Positions 45,346 through 59,600 of a stretch of 64,000 nucleotides of DNA are shown in pieces. Position 1 is the stretch's first letter. Every line of letters begins with the position of its first letter. Under the pieces are notes generated by a model. It was not told where the DNA came from. It was given only the letters and a program-made list of their open reading frames with translations, and searched no databases. A program made the position numbers and the translations under genes. Source of the DNA: Veleropilina oligotropha (taxonomy: Eukaryota); the NCBI GenBank assembly GCA_048128005.1, contig JBEUKZ010000019.1:248001-312000 (forward strand), given 5' to 3'.

Positions 45346-45850
45346 AATGCAAAAAGGGCGTCAATGATCAGCTCTCATTCCATAATTAAACTTTCAGTTT
45401 CAAACTACAAATTTAAAATGAAATGTTCATGAATATTAAAATAATGTATCCATCTGTATTCACAATAAATCAAGTCAATATATGCAACATTTGAAGTATT
45501 TATCTAAATGAGGAAATTTTTGCTATAAAACAATTCCATTGTATATCTATGTAACAACATACTTTATTAAATTTAAGTTAATGTGTCAATAAACGATGAT
45601 AGTAATATCAGTAAGAATATATTACATTACACATGGATTTTGTATGGTAGAGTTTAAGTTCCATTGAAAAAAGGTTGTATTCATGCTTTGTATTATTATA
45701 CCCCACGAAAACACCTGCCTGCATCAACCTGTTATGAACAAAGCAGATTACTAAACCTACGAAGCGCCAAACTGAGGATTCAAAAACCACTCCTTTCATG
45801 CAGAGCACTCACACCAGTGAATTGGGAGCCACACTCATAATCGCTCAGCC

Positions 45851-47030
45851 ATTGGGCAGCCTGATCGTCATGAAGATTGGGCAGCCTGATCCGCATGAAG
45901 ATTGGGCAGCCTGATCCGCATGAAGATTGGGCAGCCTGATCGTCATGAAGATTGGGCAGCCTGATCTTCATGAAGATTGGGCAGCCTGATCGTCATGAAG
46001 ATTGGGCAGCCTGATCGTCATGAAGATTGGGCAGGCTGATCGTCATGAAGATTGGGCAGCCTGATCGTCATGAAGATTGGGCAGCCTGATCCGCATGAAG
46101 ATTTGGCAGCCTGATCCGCATGAAGATTGGGTAGCCTGATCGTCATGAAGATTGGGCAGCCTGATCGTCATGAAGATTGGGCAGCCTTATCGTCATGAAG
46201 ATTGGGCAGCCTGATCGTCATGAAGATTGGGCAGCCTGATCGTCATGAAGATTGGGCAGCCTGATCCGCATGAAGATTGGGCAGCCTGATCCGCATGAAG
46301 ATTGGGCAGCCTGATCGTCATGAAGATTGGGCAGCCTGATCCGCATGAAGATTGGGCAGCCTGATCGTCATGAAGATTGGGCAGCCTGATCGTCATGAAG
46401 ATTGGGCAGCCTGATCCGCATGAAGATTGGGCAGCCTGATCGTCATGAAGATTGGGCAGCCTGATCGTCATGAAGATTGGGCAGCCTGATCGTCATGAAG
46501 ATTGGGCAGCCTGATCGTCATGAAGATTGGGTAGCCTGATCGTCATGAAGATTGGGCAGCCTGATCCGCATGAAGATTGGGCAGCCTGATCGTCATGAAG
46601 ATTGGGCAGCCTGATCCACATGAAGATTGGGTAGCCTGATCGTCATGAAGATTGGGCAGCCTGATCCGCATGAACATTGGGTAGCCTGATCGTCATGAAG
46701 ATAGGGCAGCCTGATCGTCATGAAGATTGGGCAGCCTGATCGTCATGAAGATTGGGCAGCCTGATCGTCATGAAGATTGGGTAGCCTGATCGTCATGAAG
46801 ATTGGGCAGCATGATCGTCATGAAGATTGGGCAGCCTGATCTTCATGAAGATTGGGCAGCCTGATCTTCATGAAGATTTTGCAGCCTGATCTTCATGAAT
46901 ATTGGGCCGCTTGATCCTCATGAAGATTGGGCAGCCTGATTGTCATGAAGATTGGGCAGCTTGATCCTCATGAAGATTGGGCAGCCTGATGATGATCTTC
47001 ATGAAGATTGGGGAGCCTGATCGTCATGAA
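45851..47030. repeat. 25-bp minisatellite between the convergent genes
   Basis: Unit ATTGGGCAGCCTGATCGTCATGAAG with CGT/CCG variants. Confidence 0.95.
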
Positions 47031-47699
47031 AATTAAGCAGATTCAGACAAGATGTTTTTCTAACAGTTGCAACAATTGATCCATATTTCATATAAATTAG
47101 ACTAAACACAAGTGACCTATATTGTGGTTTAGTTATTTTATTATAATCTTGTGTCGATCAGAATGATCTTTGAATAAACTAGAAATGTGTCACCCCCACT
47201 GGCAGCCTTGACCATAAGGCAGCAATGATCGTTTTGTGTAGTTATTTACAGACAATTAATGGCATGGGTGAGTCGCAGAAGGGAAGTACGAATGATGATA
47301 AACAATTGTATGAAGTATCAAGTCAATCCATGAATGCAGATGGAAGTTATAGCAAAATGGAGTTACTCGAACGCAAATACTGGTCCGAAGAGCTAAGTCA
47401 TTTGACCTTGGGCATAGGGGCGACTGGATGGGTCGCAGAAGCAAAGTATGAATGATGATAAGCAAGTGTATGAAGTATCAAGTCAATCCATGAAGGCAGA
47501 ATGGAGTTACTTGCACGCACAAGGGTAAATCTAAATGCCCTACAATAAATTGGTGGGGGCATAAAAACTGTGTAACACACCTTGCATTTCACTTCACCAA
47601 AAGATTCAAAATAAAACATTTTGATGACATTAAAATCAGACGTCAATTAAAACAATGTACATTACAATTTAAGACAATCAGTAAAATACTTTTTGAATA

Positions 47700-50600
47700 T
47701 TATCTGGTGGTGAAGTCTGGCAGATCGCATCCCACATAGGCGTTTACCTGCATAGAGTACTTGAGAAGGCTAGCCCAGCAAGGGTCCTGAAATTCAAAGG
47801 TAAGGGTTCTTTTGTTAAGGATATTCAGGTGCGTAAGCATACGGGAATAATGTCGTATATAATTAGAAATTACATCATGGATTATATTCAACAATCTAAA
47901 GAAATACATTGTACCATTAAATGTTCCTTTTAAAAACTTGACTGACAACGTAAAAAGTTATTGGCTGAAAAGACGATGGACAGACAAGAGGACAAAATCA
48001 GCAGTGCTAAAGCTCTGATAACTAAGAACGTTACAGTGGAGCTAAAATATGTTCGCTAATTCGCCAGGATAAGTTACCTGTACAAGAACATGAGGGTTTC
48101 CTATCACGATGAGGAGGGCCTGAGCCCTGGTAATAGCGACGTTGAATCGCTTAGGGTTGCTGAGAAACCCTATACAATGGTGCACATCAACATCCACTAA
48201 CATTTCGTTGGAACGTACCTGAAGCAGGAAAATACAGAGATATTGCTTACAAAATGATGCATATGTAAACACTGATTTGTTTTCATTATGTTTATTTATC
48301 ACAAGTATTCAACCAACATGTTTAACAGCATATATTTTCAGTTTCATGACTAGAATGCTTCATCACTCGTGACCACATATGTATACCCCGGGAATCCATG
48401 ATGGTGACCCATCTTGGCGGTCGGTTCACACCCGAAATCTATGTGTTGTGTCCTCACCTCAACCAATGCACAAATTAAATTTGAAAACATTGAATTTCCA
48501 TTAAGAGTGACTTTCCGTCCAGAGCGATCACGAGGAATCTCGGATGCTCAACCATAGTATCCCTCGAAATTTATCGGGGGATACAATAACCTGGACGTTT
48601 TGACAAATTGGTAAAATATTGTGATACCAGTAGATTTCATAATTTTGAGGACATTGTCTGGTAAATGGTCTCTCAATCCAGCAGTATTTCGGTCATTCCA
48701 GTAGAGCTGACAGGACTGTAATAGAGGAGCCACTTACTGTGGAGATTATTATCACTCTTCTCTCCTGGCCTTGAAACTCCTCCACAGAGCCCACTTTTAC
48801 ACTGTCCATGCCAAGCTTATCGATGAGGAGACGAATCTTTTCCACCTTGAAATAAATACAAACAAACATCTATATATGGTCATAACATCAAATAAACTTA
48901 TTCCTAGACAGAACACAGTTGTTCATAAATAAATGCAAAAGCTTGAACAACAATTTAGAAAAATAGACAGCCGGAGAGCTGTCGGGAACCCCAGCCTTAT
49001 ATATCAATTTGACTGCCACATAAAATCTGTTACCTTGACTTTGCCAGTAACAGTGGCTAAATACTGTGCTAGCTGTCCATCATGTAAAAGTTTGGATGAA
49101 AAATAATAAAAAAATTAGAAATAAAAAGTCTAAATATGGAAACTTTTGTCCAAATCAATGGTCGTACACGGAAATTATGTCGCAGCATGCTAGGGTAGCT
49201 CAAGGAAGTTATAATATTAAATTTCAATAAGGTGGCATATATAGTAGCCGTGATATGGACCAGACAAAACCTGCATCCTGGATTTTGTGTCAAAGGTTAC
49301 AACGGCAAGGTCAAACGTCGCACGCGGAAACTTATATCGCCATGCGCTAGGTTATGTCATGGTAAGTTAGCATACCAAGTTTCATCAAGCTGACATGCAT
49401 ACAAGCCAAGATATGATCCGGACAAAAGCTTCATCTTATATTTTGGGCAAGGTTACAAGGGCAAGGTCAAAGGTCGCACACGAAAAATTATATCACCACG
49501 CGCTAGGGTAGGTCAAGGTGAGTTAGCATAACAAGTTTTTTCAAGTTGGCATACCTACAAGCCGAGATATGTTCCGGACAAAAGCTTTATTCTATATTTT
49601 GGGGAAGGTCACAACGGCAAGGTCAAAGGTCGCTCACGGAAAATTATGTCGCCACGCGCAAGGCTGGGTCAAGGTCAGTTAATACACAAAAGTAAACAAG
49701 AAGACAAATCCATCAATATCCCCCGCAATGGTACATTCACAATAATTACTATATGCTGTATGTTCTTGAAACAATATCGTTGATTTAAATAATAACAAGG
49801 GCAATAACTCGGTCATTAATCATGACGCCACGTTAAAATTATGAAAAGGCACCAGCTAACCAACTACTAAATACACTCACCAAGTTTCGTTATGATAAGT
49901 CAAGCACTGTATGAGATATAGTCAGGAATAACAAAATTAAAGCAACGGCAATAACTCTGTGAATATTTGACGTACAATGTCGAAATTAACGAAAGGCACA
50001 AGTTCAACAACTGCTTAATACACCCACCAAATTGCGTAAAGTTATGCCAAGCGATTTATGAGATACGCTTTGGACAGGAGAACAGTAACAAATTAACAAC
50101 AAGGGCAATGACTCTGTTTATGATCACCACACGTCGAATCTAGCAAAAGGCACCAGTTCACCGACTACTTAATATATCCAGCAAGTTTCGTAAAGTTATG
50201 TCGAGCAGTGTATGAGCTATGCTCCGGAAAAGAGAAATTTAACAAATTTAGAAGGGAAATAACTCTGTTAATGATCGCCGCACAATGTCGAAACTAGCAA
50301 AAGGCACCAGTTCACCGACTACAGTATACATCCAGCAAGTTTCGTAAAGTTATGTCAAGCGGTGTATGAGCTAGGCTCCGGAAAAGATAACATTAACAAA
50401 TTTAGAACAAGGGAAATAACTCTGTAATAGCAACACGACGTCAAAACTAGAAAAAGGCACCAGTTCACCGCTACTTAATATATCCAGCAAGTTTCGTAAA
50501 GTTATGTCAAGCGGTGTATGAGCTAGGCTCCCGAAAAGATAACATTAACGAATTTAGAACAAGGGAAATAACTCGGTTAATAATAACCACACAGCGTCAA

Positions 50601-53600
50601 AACTCGCAAAATGCACCAGTTCACCGACTACTTATTACATCGAGCAAGTTTCGTAAAGTTATGTCGAGAGGTGTATGAGCTATGCTCCGGAAAAGAGAAA
50701 TTTAACGAATTTAGAAGGGAAATAACTCTGGTAATGATCGCCGCACAACGTCGAATCTAGCAAAAGGCACCAGTTCACCGACTACTGAATACATCCAGCA
50801 AGTTTTGTAAAGTTATGTCAAGCGTTGTATGAACTACGCTCTGGAAAAGATAAATTTAACGAATTTAGAACAAGGGAAATAACTCTGTTAATAATAGCGA
50901 CACGACGTCGAAACTAGCAAAAGGCACCAGTTCACTGAGTACTTGATACACCCAGGAAGTTTCGAAAAGTTATGTCCAGTGGTATATGAGATATGCTCCG
51001 GAAAAGATAATTTGCATGGACGGGGACAGACGCACTGACGGACGGACTGCATTTTAATATCCCCACAAAATTTCGGGGGATAATCAAGGTGGCTTATATA
51101 GTAGCCGAGATATGGACCGGACAAAACTTGCATCCTGGATTTTGTGTCAAAGGTCACAATGGCAAGGTCAAAGGTCGCACACGGAAAATTATATCGCAGC
51201 GCTAGGGTAGGTCATGGTAAGTTAGCATACCAAGTTTCATCAAGCCGACATGCATACAAGCCGAGATATGATCCGGACAAATCCTCCGCCCGCCTCGGGC
51301 GATGACAATAACCAAACAAGCTGACATGCATACAAGCCGAGATATGATCCGGACAAAACCTCTGCCGGCCCGCCTCAGGCGATGACAAGAACCCCAGCGA
51401 TTTTTTAGGCTGGGATTAACAAGCTGACATGCATACAAGCTGAGATATGATCAGGACAAGTCCTCAGCCCGCCCGCCTCAGGCGATGACAATATAACCCC
51501 AGCCTTTTTTTAGGCTGGGGTTAACAAATCCTCCGCCCGCCCACCTCGGACGATGACATGAGAGGCAATCCATTTACGATGATGATGAATTGATGTTTAA
51601 CGATCATGCCAACAGTATTTCAATCATAAATCTGGTCATTTAACTTTGAATGATAAAATGAATTGGTGATGTGTGCAGTGGAAGCAGTGATGGTGGGCAA
51701 TCTGATAAAATGAATTCGTGATGTGTGCAGTGGAAGCAGTGATCGTGGGCAATCCATTTATGAGAAGTTGGTTTTGATTTCATTTGGAGTAGGTTTACCG
51801 TATTTAAGGTCATATTGGGACATGTTCATATTATCATGAGGATGGGTCGGAATACATATCCAACAAGAGCAATCAGAGGAGATTGCACATGCCCCCACGA
51901 AAGCGTTTGACCCAGGAACTGATTGTTGCATACACACATGAACTTTCATGTCTTACAGGCAAATAGTATGGGAGATATGGAGCGGAAGGGAATTTTAGAC
52001 TGAATGCGGTCAAGTGTGAAAAGTAGGTTGTGGAGATACTTTCGGTATGCGACACACCTTCCCCTTATGACGCATACACATATGAAGTTTCATGTCCCTC
52101 GGTAAAATAGTATGGGAGATATGGACTGGAAAGGAATTTTGGACCAAATGTGGTGAAGCGTGGAAAGTAGGTCGCTGTGACCTACTTTTGGTATGCGACA
52201 CACCTTTCCCTTATGGCGCATACAAACATAAAGTTCCGTGTCCCTCGGTCAAATAATATGGAAAATATGAAGTGGAAGGGAATTTTGGACCAAAAGCGGT
52301 CAAGTCCAAAAAGTAGGTCGCAGTGACCTACTTTTGGTACGCGACATACCTTTCAGTTATGATACATACACACATGAAGTTTCATGTCCCTCGGTCAAAA
52401 AGTATGGGGGATATACAGCGGAAGGGAATTTTGGACCAAATGTGGTCAAACGTGAAAAGTAGGTCATGGTGACCTACTTTTGGCACGCGACACACCTTTG
52501 GGTAATGACGCATACACTTATCAAGTTTCATGTCGCTCGGACAAATATCATGAGAGATATGGAGCGGAAGGGAATTTTTGATTAAGTGCAGTCAAGCATG
52601 AAAAGCAGGCCGTGGTGACCTACTTTTGGTACGCGACACACCTTTGGGTTATGACGCATGCACACATCAAGCTTTGTATCCCTCGGTTAAACAGTTTGGA
52701 AGATATGGAGTGGAATGAAATTTTGGTTTAAGTGCAGTCAAGCATGAAAAGTAGTTCGTGGTGACCTAATTTGGTACGCGACACATCTTTGGGTTATGAC
52801 GCATGCACACATCAATTTTCGTGTCCCTCGGTCAAATAGCATCAGAGATATGGAGCGGAAGGGAATTTGCAACAGACCGACAGACGGATGGACAGAGGGA
52901 CGGACTGACAAGCCGACTCCTATATGCCCCCCCTAAACTTCGTTTTGGGGGGCATAATAACCGCACACTTAGTTGATCCAGGCAATCCTTAAATTAGTTA
53001 ATTTCAAGATAATAATACTTACGATGCTATCTTGTCTGACACACACTTATATCAAGTGAAAAATAGCTACAATGTAGTTTTACTTGAATAAAAATATTTC
53101 AGTGAACAAGACAACTTTTTCACAGAACCCAACATAGTTTGAGGACAGTTGAGTTTACCTGCTTCCTGTATGGCGTGATGATGCCTATGTCGTCGCTGCT
53201 GATCTTCAAGTCCTTCATAAGCGTCTGCAGATACCGCACCACCTGGACCGTTTCTGCCGGACTAAACCATGACGGACTGTTGCCCTCTCTGACATCTTCA
53301 CCCTGAAAACCAATAAAATAGAATGTCATTGATTACTCCATAATCAATCACGATATCTAACATGTAAAGAGAATGCATCCAAGCTGCCAAAATGGAAAGT
53401 AGCATTGCCAAAGTCACAACTAGCTGCTAGTGTGTACAAAATTTACAAACAAGTTCACAATGATAACAAAAGGTCAATTAAAAGGGGTTATTTTCATGTA
53501 CTGCAAAGCATATTTTACATGAACTGGCTTTGCGTAGAGAATATGTATGAATACAGCAGGGTGTATTAAAAGTGCATGTCCGTTGCACAAAATTAAATTT

Positions 53601-56600
53601 TCGTACGATTAACTGCAAAAAAATCAAATATATTGCATATTGCCTTGCAATATACACTGTTTATCACATGACAAAACTGTTATGGAACGGTAGAAGCTGT
53701 TCCATAAATTTCGATACGAAAAGACACGTGGCATAAGTATGCAAATGAGGGCGAGCATGACGCCATGTCGTTGCATCTGGCGCCAGGTTGATTAGGTGGC
53801 ACGTGCTGTCGAGGCGTGATGCGTCTGAGGCAGGCCGTTTAATGACAGAAATGAGTTTTAAAACGTAAAGAAATGAGTTTAAAAACGTAATAAAATTTTA
53901 AAAGTTGAAAGGTAAATAAAGTCATGTGATAAAGAAGATATCAAACTTGTTTCCATTTCATATGAGAATTATGAAACTCGTCAGCAAATTTATGTACCTC
54001 GCCAAGGTTCGGTACATAAATTGTGCCTGACTCGTTTCATAATTCTCATATCAAATGGACACTCGTTCGATATCCTCTATTTATGTAATGGATACAAGCC
54101 GAATGACGATCCATTCTAAAAATATCGGTCCGATATTTTTAAGAATGGGTCGTGTGAGGCTTATATCTTACTTAAACTATAGTTTCCCATTTGAATAATA
54201 ATTTGTGTTATGCATTAACATATCGCATTATTATTTAAATCATATTAATGCGTTTAAATAATATAACTTCAGTATTAATATTAAAAGCAATAATAAACTA
54301 TTTTAGTTGTTAATTTCAATACTGATGTCAGGTTGTCTCGATGATTCTTCACACAGCCCGGCGATCTAATTACGGTTCATTGTTGATATAAATAGACTGC
54401 ATGCTTTTTGAAGGAAATCTCATCCGAGCCATCTCGATATAGCTCGCACGTGATCACCAGTTCAGAGTCACCAGTCTTAATTTTGGCAGCGACCTGTAAG
54501 GACGTGAAATTTATCGCAAACATTATGGATATTTATGTGCTACTAAGCTGGATTTATCACGTTTTGGATGTATTTGGAGTTTCTTATACTTCGTTCACCT
54601 GGATTATAAATTTTACCATTCGCTGGCCTTTGATGGAGGAAAATTTCTGCTTGCCTATTAGTTGCGTCTTTGTTATCCATTGTCAACTTATTGGATCATG
54701 TCATTGTTGTCCATTGTCAACTTATTGGATCGCGGCATTGTTTCCATTGTCAACATATTGGCCTGGGCAGCTCAGAGTGATCCATTATTAGAAATACTGG
54801 ACACTAACAGAATTAAACAGCATTTGCTACCAAAATGCCACATGGATTATTAACACAAATTAAACACATTATAAGACAATTTTTTTAATTTTATCAACAT
54901 ACACATACCCTAAGCCCATGAAAGATCATTGGTACATCCTTGTTTATCAGCAAGCCGCAGCCAATCAGAGAGTGTGTAACAGCATGGTCGCCTCGGTCTT
55001 GGAGTTCGTTATGGTAGAAGAGAGAAGACGGTAATGTCAACAGCGACGGGTGGGAGCGATAATTGTCGATCAGTTTGGTGACCTGAAAATAGGTTGAAAT
55101 TTGTAGTGTTTCGGAGAGCAAATATTACATTAATTTATCAAAAAGTAAATTATCTTGGAAAACCACAAACCACGGTGCGAGATGAGGAAAGAATGGGTGG
55201 CTGGATTGATGTTTAATGTCGGATAAACCATTGTTGTGACGTCACACTATTATCTCGGCCCATGGTTTAACTAACCATATTGTTAGTTAGACCACGGAGA
55301 ACTACTTTCATACAATAATAATCAAGTAATTAGTTTATTATAATCATATATTTTCAATTAGTTTACATTTTTGCAGTGGTTTCATCAGTTATATATCACT
55401 CTGTATCATCAGTTATATATCACTCTGTATCATCAGTTATATATCACTCTGTATCATCAGTTATATATCACTCTGTATCATCAGTTATATATCACTCTGT
55501 ATCATCAGTTATATATCACTCTGTATCATCAGTTATATATCACTCTGTTTTTGTTTTCTATTTGGAGAAGCTTGTGCAGTTAAACAACTTGTAGCACTTC
55601 TTGGTTTAACTGCAGGCTTCTCCGATTGGACAACTATCTTGGCTTGGCTTCACGAAAGAAGATTTATGAAGGTGTTCCTCCTCGTTTGGTGCAGGCACGC
55701 TGGTGGCTAACGAGGCCTATGCGAGATAGGCATATCCTGCCACAGCGGTTGAAAGGGACGGTATGGGAAGCTGCTGGCGCTGTTGTAGCACTGTGGTTTT
55801 TGCGACGCTGCCTCTATTCTCTGCGGTTGTTTTCGAAAAGTAATGTGGCTTTGGCGATGGATTGCCGCCACAATTCTCTGTCTGCAGCCTGAGCTGTCCA
55901 CTGGCGTTGGTCGATGTTACAGGAGTTTAGTGCCTTTTTGAGGGTGTCTTTGTATCTCTTACGCGGTGCTCCCCTGTCATGGTAACCAGTGGACAGTTCG
56001 CCAAAAAGTACAATCTTTGGTAGATGGTGGTCCTCCATTCTGACAACATGACCTGCCCAGCGTAGCTGTATTTTGAGCAACGTTGCTTCAATACTCGTGG
56101 CTTTTGCAGCTTCGAGGACTTCGATGTTTGTGGTGAAGTCACTCCAGTTGATGTTGAGGATGATGCGAAGGCAGCGTTGATGAAATTGCTCAAGCAATTT
56201 GATGTGGCGACGGTATGTCACCCAGGACTCTGCGCCGTACAGGAGGGTGGTCAGGACTACTGCTTTGTAGACTTTCACTTTGATATCTTTCTTGAGGCTT
56301 TTGCATTTCCAGACGCGTTTGTAAAGTCTGCCAAACGCACTGTTTGCTTGGCAAGTCGATTGTCCACCTCTTTGTCGATCCTGGCATCAGAGGATATCAC
56401 GCAGCCCAGGTAAGTGAACCGATGTACTGACTTCAACTCTGTCTGGCCGATGGAGATGGTGGGAGATTGGTAGCTATCTCGTGGTACCGGCTGGTGAATG
56501 ACCTCTGTCTTTTTCAGGCTTACCTCGAGACCAAAAAGTTCAGATGCTCCCGCAAAACAGGACGTGATGCGCTGCAGCGCACGTTCGGTGTGTGCAATAA

Positions 56601-59600
56601 GGGCAGCGTCATCAGCGAACAGCAGCTCTCGTATAAGTTGTTGCAGTGTCTTTGAGTGAGCCTGTAGTCTTCTTAGATTGAACAGGTTTCCATCTGTACG
56701 AAAACGGATTTATACACGTTCTTCGTCATCTAGGTCGTCAGTAGCATGTTTCAACATCATACTGAAAAACACAGAGAATAGGGTGGGGCCAAGGACACAG
56801 CCTTGCTTCACACCGTTTGTAATGGAGAAGGGCTGTGATAGGTCACTGTCATGTCTTCGTTTCTTTCCAGTCGCTGCAGGGATTTTTAGGAAGGGGGAAT
56901 GGGAGACGAGAGGGTTGCCTTCTGGCCTACGCAATGAAGCTTTAAGTGGAGTGCGGTGTGCGCAGAACTGACCCCACCCTTTACACCCAAGGGTCAGCTG
57001 CCATGGCTTAGGAAACTGGGACGGTGACAGTGAGGTCCTCAGGTCATAGGTTTATGTCGGAGTGTCCTTCTCCTAGGCAGTTGTCACCCAAGACTAAGGA
57101 GTCCGCCCCCCCTGTAATGTAGCCAGAGATGTCTGTAGCCTGTTAAACGCCTTTCCGGCCGTTGGGACTTGAATCCTCCTCCGTCCAGTCTGCCGTCAAT
57201 GTGCTGGTCCAGCCAGTCTGGCTGTCAAGGGTTTGAAGTCAGTGTTATCTCACCTATCCTGGCTGCCTATCAAGGCTGACAAGCCCAGGCTGCCCAACCC
57301 AGTTATTCCGCCGGGCATTCGGTCGCGCCCATGGCAAACTCAGTAGAAACAGGGCCACCACGAGTAGGTGCTGCCATGGAAACATTTGCGTAGGAGAGGC
57401 TATATGCAAGGGGTTCCTTTTGCAAGCAGTAGGTTGTCGTGCAGCTATCATGTACACCCGGGGAGGAGAGGCTATACAAGTCGCTTCACTACCCTTGAAT
57501 AAGCGGGACGCACGGCCACAGACCTTATTGACCTCGTGGTATAGCCTATAACTGAAACTGTGTGTAATGCCAGGCACTGGGCGGTGTAGCAGACAAACAG
57601 CCTGATTGGATACAAAAAATCAACTTTTAAAGAAATGATGAAATGAATTTTCACAGTAGGATATAATTATTATTTGAAAAAAATTTGTGGCACACCCAGG
57701 GACCAATCTCTGGTCTATGGTTCGGCGTCTTAACCAGTCGGCCACACTGAACACCACGTCTGGTCAGATAGACGGAAAAATGGGATCCATAAAGTTATCA
57801 TATTAATCTAAGAGTGAAAGTAACAGAATTATGGAATGAAATAAATTAATCAATCAACAAAGGCTTTACCAGAAGCGGGTCATAGTATCCGTGTTCGCGG
57901 AATGCGTCGTCCCGGCCGTACATCGGATTTCTCATCAGTCTCTCCAGGAACGAGGTCTCCAGGCCGTGCGTCTTGGAATGCGGCGACCTCAACACGGGGC
58001 CCAGCTGCTGGGGGTCCCCCGCCAGGATGACCTGAATCGAAGAGCTCGAGTAAGGGAGATAATCAAAGAATATCAGAGTTTTTGAATGAAACAAAAGTGC
58101 CATATATTAAGATCTCCTGGTTGCTAACAAACCAGACAATTGTAATATACTATTATTCTTTGAGTTTGTGAATATGCTTCAAATTTCATGCTATTGTAAC
58201 ATATGTGTATTTTACAGAGACTATTGCCCATAAATTCGCTCTTATCGTGACTGTGTATCATGACTGATCACCCCCTATTGCACGGTTCGTGCAGATTGAT
58301 ACAAATTCTGGGAAGATATGATCGATATATGATCAAATGATAGACTTTTATTGAAATTATTATTGTACCTGGGCAATATATATGTTATTGTCAAGTAGAA
58401 AGCTATCTTACTTGATGAGCAGAAACCTACGCAACTGTGCTCGAACTATGTCAATTGGAAATGCACTCAGTGCGAGGTAATTAAATACGGACCGCATTTA
58501 ATTATTTTTAAATATTCAGTAGCAAAAATAATGAGTGACGAAAACTTAATTTGTAGTAATTTAAATGGCTAATAGAATATGTTTTATTTTATACTAATAA
58601 ACAAATATCCAAATTACGTTTAATTGTTTACATAGCTTAAAGAGACTTTTGCCCGTAAATGCGCTCTTTCTTTTTTAAAAAGAAAACTAACAGCATTACA
58701 CTTTTTATGCCCCCTAAACGAAGTTTGGGGGCATATAGTGTTGCACACGTCCATCCAAGCATCCGAACTTGGTTTCCGGGCAATAACTTTAAAATGCCTT
58801 CATGGATTTCAATTAAATATGATATGCAAGTGGATGATCATAATAGCTAAGTGAAGTTCGACTTCGGTAAAATTCCGATGTCACATAACGGAATTATGTC
58901 CCTTGATTCACACGGAAACATTTTTTCATTTCCGGGCGGTAACTTGAGAATGACTTCATGGATTTAAATTAAATTTGTGTATGATCATAATAGCTAAGTG
59001 ATCTTCGATTTCGGTAAAATTCCGCCATCACATAACGGAGTTATGTCCCTTGATCCACTGGCAATTTTTTTTTCCATTTCCGGGCGATAACTTGAGAATG
59101 CCTTCAGGGATTTCAATTAAATTTCCTATGCAAGTGGATGATCATACTAGCTAAGTGGAGTTCGATTTCGGTAAATTCCAATGTCGCATAAGAGAGTTAT
59201 GCCCCTTGATTCACACGGAAACATTTCTTCATTTCCGGGCGGTAACTTGAGAATGCCTTCATGGATTTAAATTAAATTTGGTATTCACGTGTATGATCAT
59301 AATAGCTAAGTGACATTCGATTTCGGTAAAATTCCTCCTTCACATATGGGAGTTATGTCCCTTCATCAAATTGCAAATTTTTCTTCCATTTCCAGGCGAT
59401 AGCTTGAGAATGCCTTCATGGATATACATTTAATTTGGAATACACGTGTAATATCATTGGAAAGAAATTTTATGCCCGGTCCCCTGCAAAACGAAGTATG
59501 GAGAGCATTTATTTTTACACATGTTTGTCCCTCGAATGATTTAGATTCTGCGCTATATTCAGGCATTCATGGATTCAAATTAAATTAACTTGATATACAC

